Positions 7,680-15,373 of a DNA stretch of 19,582 nucleotides are shown here, one piece after another. Position numbers and translations under genes: made by a program. This DNA comes from Candidatus Hadarchaeales archaeon (GTDB taxonomy: Archaea > Hadarchaeota > Hadarchaeia > Hadarchaeales > WYZ-LMO6). The stretch spans positions 1 to 19,582 of the forward strand of contig JAWCKR010000022.1 in NCBI GenBank assembly GCA_038851755.1, given 5' to 3'. Under the pieces are notes generated by a model. It ran no database searches. It saw only the letters and a list, made by a program, of their open reading frames with translations, and was not told the origin of the DNA. Position 1 is the first letter of the stretch, and each line of letters starts with the position of its first letter.

Positions 7680-8867
7680 ATGGTAGTTTTCGTTTTGTTG
7701 ACATTTTCGCTTTGTTCCGCATTTCTCCCTCCCGTTTGTGCGGCTAAGCTTGCCCTGGTGCCCAACCAGCTGAAGATAGAGAACGCCATGAGAGGTGGAG
7801 AGTACGAAAGGATAGTTACTGTAATCACCGACGAGAACGCCAGAGTCTTCCTCCGGACCGAGGGCGTGGCGGGAGGATGGATCAGCGTGTACGAGTTTGA
7901 GAATCAGACGGCCCCGGTGGAGGAGGTAATCGCCGACGAGAATGGGAGGAGCGTCCTCTTGATCAGGATTAAAATCCCTTCCGACGCCAGCAACGGCACC
8001 TACACGGCATCCCTCATCGCGGAGGTCATCCTCTCCGGGGCTGAGAACTCGGGGGGAACAGGAGTGGGACTCAGGGCCTCGGTGGGAATCACCCTTGAGG
8101 TCACCGGGACCCAGATTCTGAGTGGGGCGGTGGAGTACATCATGGTCGAAGACACCGAGGTGGGCTATCCCCTAAGGATAGGGGTGAGGTTCCGGAACAC
8201 CGGGAACGTGGTCGCAACACCGGAAATCAGGACCACCATAACCAAGGACGGGTCCCCCTTGGACAATTTTGTCCGCGCCGAGGTTGGTGTGGCTCCTGAG
8301 AAGACCGAGACCATCACGGTGGAGTGGGACACTACGGGAAGGGAAACCGGGAGGTACGAGGCGAGCGTGGAGGTCATGCTGGGAGGGGAGGTGCTGGCGG
8401 CCGAGAATCAAGAGTTCGAGCTGTTGCCTTTCGGGACGCTGAGCAGGAGGGGGGAGCTGGTTGAGCTGGAGTATGATGGTGAGCCTTCGGTGGGCAGTAA
8501 GATAAGAATTCTAGCCACCTTCCTGAACACTGGCGAAATCGATACAAGGGCGAGGTTGGTGGGCGAGGTTCATGTTGACGGCGTCTTCACCGACAACCTC
8601 TCGAGCGATGAGAGGTGGGTGGAGCCCGGAGAAAAAGTCACGCTGAGAGCCTACTTGGGGATTGAAAAGACCGGTCGCTACGTGGTGGAGGGCTGGGTGG
8701 AATACGATGGCAAAGTGACCGAAGTAAAGGAGCTTTCCTTCAAAGTAGGGAGCGAGCCTGGCTCTGTCCTCCCCGTGGTGGTGATGGTGTTCGCAGCATT
8801 GCTGGTGGGGGGTGGACTGGTTGGGGGTAAGACCCTCTTCAGAAAGTTTTCACCGAAGGCTAAGTAG
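7680..8867 (+). CDS. Membrane-anchored multi-Ig-domain protein (DUF916/WxL-interacting or PapD-chaperone-like N-domain plus CARDB-like domains)
   Basis: Signal peptide from ATG 7680. IKIPSDASNGTYTASL..., GTGVGLRASVGITLEVTG, two FxNTG(N/E) Ig motifs, C-terminal TM plus basic tail. The family assignment is a resemblance only. Confidence 0.6.
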   Translation: MVVFVLLTFSLCSAFLPPVCAAKLALVPNQLKIENAMRGGEYERIVTVITDENARVFLRTEGVAGGWISVYEFENQTAPVEEVIADENGRSVLLIRIKIPSDASNGTYTASLIAEVILSGAENSGGTGVGLRASVGITLEVTGTQILSGAVEYIMVEDTEVGYPLRIGVRFRNTGNVVATPEIRTTITKDGSPLDNFVRAEVGVAPEKTETITVEWDTTGRETGRYEASVEVMLGGEVLAAENQEFELLPFGTLSRRGELVELEYDGEPSVGSKIRILATFLNTGEIDTRARLVGEVHVDGVFTDNLSSDERWVEPGEKVTLRAYLGIEKTGRYVVEGWVEYDGKVTEVKELSFKVGSEPGSVLPVVVMVFAALLVGGGLVGGKTLFRKFSPKAK

Positions 8868-11145
8868 CTCCAGGGAACAAGTCTTGGTGCTCTTGGTGTT
8901 GTGGGTCTCTACGACCTTGGTGATGGCATCAGCAGTGGCTGCTGAAGAAATCACAGTGGTTACTTCGGTCTTCATAGCAAAGGGAGGAGGCAACCCTCCC
9001 ATCGTGAAGTGCAAGTGGGAGCAGGACCTCACCACGGACCTGGAGGACGGTGACCCCTCGCACCTCACCCCCGGAGGCCAGTTCCTCCCGCCCTGCGTGT
9101 ACCAGGGTAAGAAGACCATCCAGTACTGGGCGGTGGTGACGGACCCGGAGGGTACGGCCACCGTGGAGGGGGTCTACGTGGACGTCTACCACCCCGACAG
9201 GAGCTTCAAGTACGAGGTGATCCTGACCAAGGTGAACAAGGAGTGCGGCATAGCGGCCTTCCAGGCCGCCTACCAGGCCGGTCTGATCACCTTCGCCGAT
9301 GGCCACGACTACGAGGAGGTCCTGGACGAGCTCCAGGAGTGCCTGGCCGACGTCTGGATGGGGGTGGCGGACCTGGACTACCACCAGATGGCCGGAGACT
9401 ACAGAGTGGAGGCCTACGCCTTTGACCACAGCAACAACCTCTCTGTCCCGCTGGTCAACACGTTCCTGTACGTGCCCTGTGCCTGCTGCGAGTTCGACTT
9501 CACCTCGGTCGACTACGGCAGCGTGGACGTGTGCACGTTCAAGTGGATAGGTGGGGACAACGTCTTCGGTACCTACGACAAGCCCACCGTCAGGAACATC
9601 GGGAACGTGCCCTGCCAGATCGTGGTGGAGCAGGACGACATGGACATGGGCCAGGACTACAACGGCAACTGGAACGTGGAGTTCGGGGCCAGGCTGGGCT
9701 GGAACGGTGTGTCCGTGATCTACGACCCATACGATGAGGTCGTGCTGCCTGACGTGCTGCCCAACTGCAACACCCAGAAGCTCGACTTCGGCATCCACGT
9801 GAAGAAGGTCCTGCCCCCCGAGTCTTACGTCGGGACGATGTGGCTTGGGTGCAGATCTGACTTTGCTGTGAACTCCAGTGGGACCATTTGGATACCCCAC
9901 GAGTGGGAGTGTTTAGAGGTGTGGACGGGGAGTGCCTCAACGGGCGTTTACGGTTTACCCGACATTCCCGGTGCGCCGGTAGGATGGTCCCTGTTGGAGA
10001 TGTGGACTGAGGGCGCCTCTTCCCCGGCTCGTTGGGGGCTCCTGGAACTCTCAGCGGGCCTTCCGGGGGGCTCCGGCTCCAGCGCATCGAGGGAATGGCG
10101 TCTGGTAGATTCATGTGGAGGCGGAGCCCAAGCCACGACTGAGGTCGTTTCTACAGGAGATTCCAAGTCTCCTGGGGTCCAGGGTCTGGGCCTCACGAAC
10201 TGGATGAGCGAACCCACGACCACCCTTACCGTGGAGACCCTTCCCATAAGAGCGGGGGTCTACGTGGACGACCTTTACTGGGGGAGGGCTCCACAGACGA
10301 GGGAGGTGGAGGCAGGCGTTCACACGGTTTTCTTTGGGGATTGTCCTGACTACCTGACTCCCGCACCTCAAACCTCGATTATACCGCAGGGTGAGAGTAG
10401 AACCGTTACTGGAATCTACACGGAGATACCGGAGGAGTTGATTGAAAGCGAATCGTCCCCAGTTCATCTCCCCTCCATAAGAGCTGGCGAGAGCGTGGCC
10501 GTAGAGCTGGAGGGCACGGCTATCACTGAGATAACGATGGGGTTGAGGAGGGGGGTAGAGAACGTGTGGTTGATGGTTCAGCAGCTGACCGACCTGCCCG
10601 CCGGTTGGGTGGTAGGGGCCCCAGGGCTCCCCTATCGGTATCTGAACATAGTGGTTGAGAATCTAATCGATCCATACCTTGACACCGCGCTGATAGTTTT
10701 CAGGGTGGAGAAGTCTTGGGTGGAGGAAGCTGACATAGACCCAGCCACTGTGGTCCTTTGGAGGTGGAATCCTTCCAGCAAGGAGTGGGAATCTTTGTAT
10801 ACCGTGATGATAGGAGAGGACGGCACCCGCTACACCTATCGTGCGGAGTCTTCGGATCTGTCCCTGTTTTCCGTATCGGGGTTACCCGTGAGTCTTACTT
10901 CGCTGACACTGCCGGAGCCTCCGGGGATAATGGTGGTCGCATTGCTGGCAGGGACCTTCGTAATGGCGTTGGCAGTAGTGTCGATTACGGGAAGCTTGGT
11001 CAAGAGGGGGATCATGGCGCACCGTATTCGTGGTGCAAAAGCTTGGAGGGTGAGGTGGTGGGTTCTCGCCTGGATGGCGTACTTCGTGGAGAGAATACGG
11101 ACCGTGGGCGCTTCAATCCTCTCTGGAGACATCTCTCCCGACTGA
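8812..11145 (+). CDS. Membrane-anchored surface protein: copy of the 6531 subunit domain + Trp-repeat linker + PEGA-like + PGF-pre-PGF domain + C-terminal TM
   Basis: Signal peptide ending ASAVAA; 288 aa near-identical to the 6531 protein. TLTVETLP..AGVYVDD..WG.AP....AGVHTV is PEGA-like. YRYLNI...FRVEKSWV...IDPATVVLWRW...WESL...YTYRAESSDLSLFSVSG is PGF-pre-PGF. Start uncertain (8812, 8884 or 8887). Confidence 0.78.
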   Translation: MDWLGVRPSSESFHRRLSSSREQVLVLLVLWVSTTLVMASAVAAEEITVVTSVFIAKGGGNPPIVKCKWEQDLTTDLEDGDPSHLTPGGQFLPPCVYQGKKTIQYWAVVTDPEGTATVEGVYVDVYHPDRSFKYEVILTKVNKECGIAAFQAAYQAGLITFADGHDYEEVLDELQECLADVWMGVADLDYHQMAGDYRVEAYAFDHSNNLSVPLVNTFLYVPCACCEFDFTSVDYGSVDVCTFKWIGGDNVFGTYDKPTVRNIGNVPCQIVVEQDDMDMGQDYNGNWNVEFGARLGWNGVSVIYDPYDEVVLPDVLPNCNTQKLDFGIHVKKVLPPESYVGTMWLGCRSDFAVNSSGTIWIPHEWECLEVWTGSASTGVYGLPDIPGAPVGWSLLEMWTEGASSPARWGLLELSAGLPGGSGSSASREWRLVDSCGGGAQATTEVVSTGDSKSPGVQGLGLTNWMSEPTTTLTVETLPIRAGVYVDDLYWGRAPQTREVEAGVHTVFFGDCPDYLTPAPQTSIIPQGESRTVTGIYTEIPEELIESESSPVHLPSIRAGESVAVELEGTAITEITMGLRRGVENVWLMVQQLTDLPAGWVVGAPGLPYRYLNIVVENLIDPYLDTALIVFRVEKSWVEEADIDPATVVLWRWNPSSKEWESLYTVMIGEDGTRYTYRAESSDLSLFSVSGLPVSLTSLTLPEPPGIMVVALLAGTFVMALAVVSITGSLVKRGIMAHRIRGAKAWRVRWWVLAWMAYFVERIRTVGASILSGDISPD
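8982..9845 (+). repeat. 864-bp direct repeat, copy 2
   Basis: Near-identical to 6668-7531, with two non-synonymous differences (G>D, A>V). Confidence 0.95.
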
Positions 11146-11195
11146 ACTGAGCGCCAGAAAAAGGCGCCAGAACTATTTTCAGTGGTCGCTTTTAC
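11140..11195 (+). promoter_or_regulatory. Repeated operator/promoter block, copy 2
   Basis: 45/46 identity to 6343-6388, then CGC-TTTTAC. Overlaps the stop codon of the upstream gene. Confidence 0.7.
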
Positions 11196-11218
11196 CCCAG
11201 CTTTCAGGCGGGCTTTGA

Positions 11219-11333
11219 GGCCATGGCGGAGGAAACCGAGAAGGCCCGGGGGACTAAAGGGGAGCCCCCGTTAAAGGGAGGTCCCTTCTGGGACCGACCG
11301 ATGATAGCCCCATCAAAAAGGAGGTGAAAGGAG
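11219..11333 (+). ncRNA. Candidate structured cis-regulatory 5' leader (riboswitch-like), copy 2
   Basis: 70 nt identical to copy 1, followed by the SD GGAGGTGA and the ATG at 11334. Confidence 0.5.
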
Positions 11334-11858
11334 ATGAGAACAGCGATGGCCGTGTTTGGAGCACTCATGTTGGCTCTCGCTCTGACCGGTGTGGCTTTCG
11401 CCCACTGGACCGATTCCCTGTACATCAGCGGCACGGTCAACACGGGAACCTTTGGAGCTGAGCTCAGCGTGGGGACGGGTCATGATAGTGAGCCACCCTG
11501 CAAGGATGTCAGCTCTATTTCGGGCACCCTCTCGGAGGACGGAAAGACTATAACAGTGACGGTCACCAACGCCTATCCCTGTATCGACTACTACCTGCCC
11601 ATAGATGTGCACTGCACGGGTACCGTTCCCCTGATCATAGAGAGCATAGTGATAGACAGGGGAACCCTGCCGGAGAACACCACGCTGGAGATTATCCCGG
11701 CGATGATAGATTTCCCCTTAGAAGTGGGTACGCAGTTACACTACTGTGATGCGGCTTACGGGGAGTTGCACGTGCACCTGGACGAGGACGCAGAGGAGAA
11801 CACAAACTACACCTTCAGCGTAACCATCAACGTGGTGCAGTGGAACTACTACGACTGA
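11334..11858 (+). CDS. SipW-cognate signal peptide protein; TasA/CalY-like putative major fibre subunit
   Basis: h-region then GVAFA|HWTDSLYISGTVNTG, the SipW-class pattern A-x-(F/W)-(T/S)-D...G. Also NAYP, GTVP and a terminal VVQWN strand. Confidence 0.8.
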   Translation: MRTAMAVFGALMLALALTGVAFAHWTDSLYISGTVNTGTFGAELSVGTGHDSEPPCKDVSSISGTLSEDGKTITVTVTNAYPCIDYYLPIDVHCTGTVPLIIESIVIDRGTLPENTTLEIIPAMIDFPLEVGTQLHYCDAAYGELHVHLDEDAEENTNYTFSVTINVVQWNYYD

Positions 11859-11890
11859 GGGGTTCTAGGAGATTTGAAGGGGGAGTACAG

Positions 11891-13366
11891 TTGAGGAACA
11901 CAAAGCTAGCCGTACTGCCGATACTGCTGCTGGTAGGGACGCTCCTGACCGGTGTGGCCTTCGCCCACTGGTCGGAGTCCCTCCTGCTCACGGGGAGCGT
12001 GGCCACGGGATTGTTGGACTGGCAGTTCACTGGCGTGGGCCACTTGGACCCAGGCCCACCCGACAGCGTGAGGGACTACCACTGCCGGGACAACTTCGAG
12101 GGGCCTCCTCCCTACTACTGGCAGGGGGACAAGGATGTGGGCTACACCACAGCGGTGATAACGGAGGATCCCCACGTCATCGAGGTGACCTTGAACAATG
12201 TGTACCCCAGCTACTTCAACTCCATAAGTGTGTACGCAAAGAACACGGGGAGCATTCCCTTGATCATAGAGAGGGCCATCATCGATGGGAATGTGGTGAT
12301 GGACTTCGACGAGAAAGTCAGGCTGGACCTCGATGGGGACGGGAAGGATGACTTGGAGATATGGTGGAAGGCCAACATCTTTGGCGTTCAGCTGGAGCCA
12401 GGGGAAGATGGACCTCAGACGAGCTTCTGGGTTCACGTTCTGCAGGATGCGCCTAGGGGTGAGTCCCTGGAGTTCACCATCGAGCTGGTGGCGGTGCAGT
12501 GGAATTACTCCGAGCATCCCCCCGCACCGAAGCCCACCATAGGACTTTCGCCACCAATTCTGACCTTCAGCGCCGTACTCGGTGGACCCAATCCACTGCC
12601 GCAGAACTTTACCGTTTCCAACCTGGGTCCTGCCGGGACCACGCTTAACTGGACGGTCACGGATAATGCAGCCTGGCTTTCGCTCTCCCCGACGAGCGGT
12701 TCCCTGCCAGGAGGGAGTTCCGAGCCTATGGCTGCGAACGTGAGCATCGCTGGGCTGGGAGTAGGGACATACTATGCCACGGTCACGGTTTCGGATCCCA
12801 ACGCCACGAACGATCCGCAGACTGCAACCGTGGTGCTGGTGATCTCTGCACCCAGTGTCATAGCGGATAACTTGGACGTCAATGGCGGGCTCGACACGTC
12901 GGGAGGATACTGGTGTGGAAATAATTGGTGTGCTAACCCACACACCCTGACGCCCTCAGATTTGGAAAGTCTGGAGAACAGCAACAACATTCGGTATCAA
13001 AGCTATGGCGTGTGGAGCGAGGACTATTCCAACAACGAGTACCTCGATTTAGAGTTCGAAAACATCCCCTGCGGGGCCACGGTGAACAGCGCTGTGCTCA
13101 AGTTCGAGTGGCAGAGAACCACGAAGGTGGATAATGCCAGGCTGAGGATATGGAACGGCTCCAGCTGGAGTGCGCACTACTATCTTCCCATGCCAACTCC
13201 CAACAATGACACCACCGTGACGATAGACCTGAAAGGACTCTACGGCATAGACACTTGCTACGAGGTCAACAACTTGAAAATCAGATTCCAGGCTTCAAGC
13301 AGCGACTGGTCCAATGCTTATACCAAGCACGATTGGGTCGAGGTTCAAGTGACCTATACACTGTGA
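11891..13366 (+). CDS. TasA-like domain + BACON/Ig-like domain + C-terminal beta domain; putative minor or tip adhesin subunit
   Basis: TTG 11891 after a GGGGAG SD. GVAFA|HWSESLLLTGSVATG, NVYP, NTGSIP, AVQWN; DLDGDGKDD Ca-loop; WTVTDNAAWLSLSPTSGSL is BACON-like. Confidence 0.75.
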   Translation: MRNTKLAVLPILLLVGTLLTGVAFAHWSESLLLTGSVATGLLDWQFTGVGHLDPGPPDSVRDYHCRDNFEGPPPYYWQGDKDVGYTTAVITEDPHVIEVTLNNVYPSYFNSISVYAKNTGSIPLIIERAIIDGNVVMDFDEKVRLDLDGDGKDDLEIWWKANIFGVQLEPGEDGPQTSFWVHVLQDAPRGESLEFTIELVAVQWNYSEHPPAPKPTIGLSPPILTFSAVLGGPNPLPQNFTVSNLGPAGTTLNWTVTDNAAWLSLSPTSGSLPGGSSEPMAANVSIAGLGVGTYYATVTVSDPNATNDPQTATVVLVISAPSVIADNLDVNGGLDTSGGYWCGNNWCANPHTLTPSDLESLENSNNIRYQSYGVWSEDYSNNEYLDLEFENIPCGATVNSAVLKFEWQRTTKVDNARLRIWNGSSWSAHYYLPMPTPNNDTTVTIDLKGLYGIDTCYEVNNLKIRFQASSSDWSNAYTKHDWVEVQVTYTL

Positions 13367-13379
13367 ACAAACCAAACCA

Positions 13380-13396
13380 TTTTTGTTTTTATTTTT
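13380..13396 (+). terminator. Archaeal oligo-T terminator
   Basis: TTTTTGTTTTTATTTTT about 14 nt after the stop at 13366. Confidence 0.6.
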
Positions 13397-13425
13397 CGTA
13401 AAAACCCGGTCAAAACCGTGATGGA

Positions 13426-15333
13426 ATGAAAGAAGAAGGAAGGGCGGCGGGAAGGAAGGCGGCTTTCGTCCTAGTCCTTACCCTCTTCAACTACTTCTTC
13501 CTGAACCTCTTTCGTCCTGGGGGATGGATGGCCTATCTCCTGCCCTCCCTTTGCTGGGGTTTCCTTGCCCTGGTTGCCCTGAAGCTTTTTGGCTTGAGCA
13601 GGATAAGGTCCTGGTTTAACCCCAAGGTATCCCTAACTGCCGCGTGTGTTTCAATCCTTTATGTGCTGGTCCTACTGAACTTGGGCCTCTTCACGGGATT
13701 CGGGAAGAGTCCCTACTCCTTCGCTCCTTTGCCTCTCCTCACCAATGCGTTACTTGCCTTTTCCACTTTGATGGGCATGGAGTTCTCCCGGGCATACTTG
13801 GTAAAGACGGTGGGCAGGAACAGACCCTTCCTGGTCTTCGGGCTTGTCACCCTCCTGTACGCCCTGTTGGGTATTTCCACCGCCAGACTCTTTCAGCTTG
13901 GAGATCCCCTAGCCGCTACCAAGTTCTTTGGGGTCGGTTTTCTGCCCCTCTTAGCGGAAAGCCTTCTTGTCACCCATCTGGCGCTCTTGGGCGGTCCGGT
14001 GGCCTCCCTGGCCTACCGCGCCCCCCTCACCATCTTCTGGTGGTTCTCCCCCATCCTCCCCCGTCTCTCGTGGGGGATGGAGGCCTTTCTAGGGGTGATG
14101 GTACCGACGGCCGGGTTCTTCTTGATCAACCTCTACACTTCCCCTTTCACCCTGCGGAGGCAGGGTTTAACCCGGGAACCAGGAGGATTCGGCGGGTTCA
14201 GGAAATCCCAAGCCAGAGGTCTGGTGTTAACCTCGGTTCTCTGTGTCCTGATGGTGTGGGTTTCCACGGGGCTCCTGGGCCTCAGGGTGACGACCGTCTT
14301 GAGCGGGAGTATGAGTCCCAGCTTGGAGGTGGGGGATGTGGTGGTGGTGAGGGAGGTTTCCCCCTCATCCGTGGGGCCAGGTGACGTGATTCAGTTCGGG
14401 CGAGAAGGGGAGGCTGTAATCCACAGGGTGGTGGAGGTAAGGCAGGAGGGAGGAAACTGGTTCTTCATCACTAAGGGAGATGCCAATTCTTCCCCAGATC
14501 CCACCCCCGTCTCTTCCTCTCAGCTGATGGGAAAGATGGTCCTGCAGATTCCCAAGGTTGGGTGGATAGTCATCTTCGTGAAGGAGGCTACCTTGAGCCT
14601 GTGGTCGTTCTTGCAGGAGCACTTGGCTGTCTTCCTTTCTTTGCCCATCCTGACGATTTCTTTTCTCCTAGCCCGCAAATACAGGAGGGGGCGGGTGGGA
14701 TGGAGCAGAAGGGTCCCCCCCGAGAGATGGAGTGCTCCCTTTTCCCTCCTCATGCTCTTCCTAGCGGTGGGAGGAATAGCCTACGCCCACTGGAGCGAGC
14801 CTCTCTACGTGTCGGGCACGGTGGAGACGGGAAGCTGGGGGTCAGAGATAGAATGTTACGGGGTCTGGAGCTTCCCGTGCTGGCAGGTGAACTCCTGGCT
14901 TTCGGAGGACAACCGCACCCTCAACCTACGCTACTGTTACACCTATCCCTGCGATACGGTCTTGGTCGTTCTCAAGATTCACAACATGAAAACCGTACCT
15001 GTATTCTTCGAGGGCTTCCGGTACCAGTTCTCCCCTTCCTCCATGGAGGACGGTTTCCACATTTACGAGTGGTTCTTCGGTCCATACGGTGATGGTTGCC
15101 AGCAGGGAGACTGCTGCTGGTGGAAGGACCATCTCTGCGGGGACGGATGCGGAGGTCTTGATGAGAAGACTTGCTGCTGGATGAGTTCTTGCTGTCGCAG
15201 ACCGCCCATCCAGCTCGATCCCTGCCAGAGCCTGATAGCCGTGGTGGAGCTGAAAAGTTGCACTTGGTCCTGCGGTTTCACCCTCTCCATAAGCATAGAG
15301 GATGTATGCTGGGCCTGCCTGGGAAGAGCGTGA
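13426..15333 (+). CDS. sipW: Polytopic membrane domain + SipW/Sec11-type signal peptidase I (S26B) fused to a C-terminal Cys-rich TasA-like substrate
   Basis: VLSGSMSP..VGD, VIHRV (Ser/His dyad), TKGDAN. Downstream and in frame: GGIAYA|HWSEPLYVSGTVETG, then LSEDNRTL, YTYPC, KTVP, IQLDPCQ, which parallel the 11334 protein. Confidence 0.85.
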   Translation: MKEEGRAAGRKAAFVLVLTLFNYFFLNLFRPGGWMAYLLPSLCWGFLALVALKLFGLSRIRSWFNPKVSLTAACVSILYVLVLLNLGLFTGFGKSPYSFAPLPLLTNALLAFSTLMGMEFSRAYLVKTVGRNRPFLVFGLVTLLYALLGISTARLFQLGDPLAATKFFGVGFLPLLAESLLVTHLALLGGPVASLAYRAPLTIFWWFSPILPRLSWGMEAFLGVMVPTAGFFLINLYTSPFTLRRQGLTREPGGFGGFRKSQARGLVLTSVLCVLMVWVSTGLLGLRVTTVLSGSMSPSLEVGDVVVVREVSPSSVGPGDVIQFGREGEAVIHRVVEVRQEGGNWFFITKGDANSSPDPTPVSSSQLMGKMVLQIPKVGWIVIFVKEATLSLWSFLQEHLAVFLSLPILTISFLLARKYRRGRVGWSRRVPPERWSAPFSLLMLFLAVGGIAYAHWSEPLYVSGTVETGSWGSEIECYGVWSFPCWQVNSWLSEDNRTLNLRYCYTYPCDTVLVVLKIHNMKTVPVFFEGFRYQFSPSSMEDGFHIYEWFFGPYGDGCQQGDCCWWKDHLCGDGCGGLDEKTCCWMSSCCRRPPIQLDPCQSLIAVVELKSCTWSCGFTLSISIEDVCWACLGRA

Positions 15334-15373
15334 GGGCATGTACCTATCTATTTAGGAGGAGGAGTGAAGGAGG

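Noticed and set aside
6668-9845. 864-bp repeat as a DGR template/variable pair or as IS copies
   Set aside because: There are only two mismatches (G/A and C/T), not adenine-specific on one strand. No reverse transcriptase, transposase or terminal inverted repeats are present, and both copies are in-frame coding.
10860-11000. PGF-CTERM/archaeosortase signal on the anchor protein
   Set aside because: A PGF-pre-PGF-like domain is present, but no PGF tripeptide precedes the TM (the sequence is PEPPG) and a long tail follows.
6306-12943. Minus-strand ORFs 6306-7601, 8929-9900 and 11906-12943
   Set aside because: Antisense shadows of the secreted-protein genes, with no recognisable motifs.
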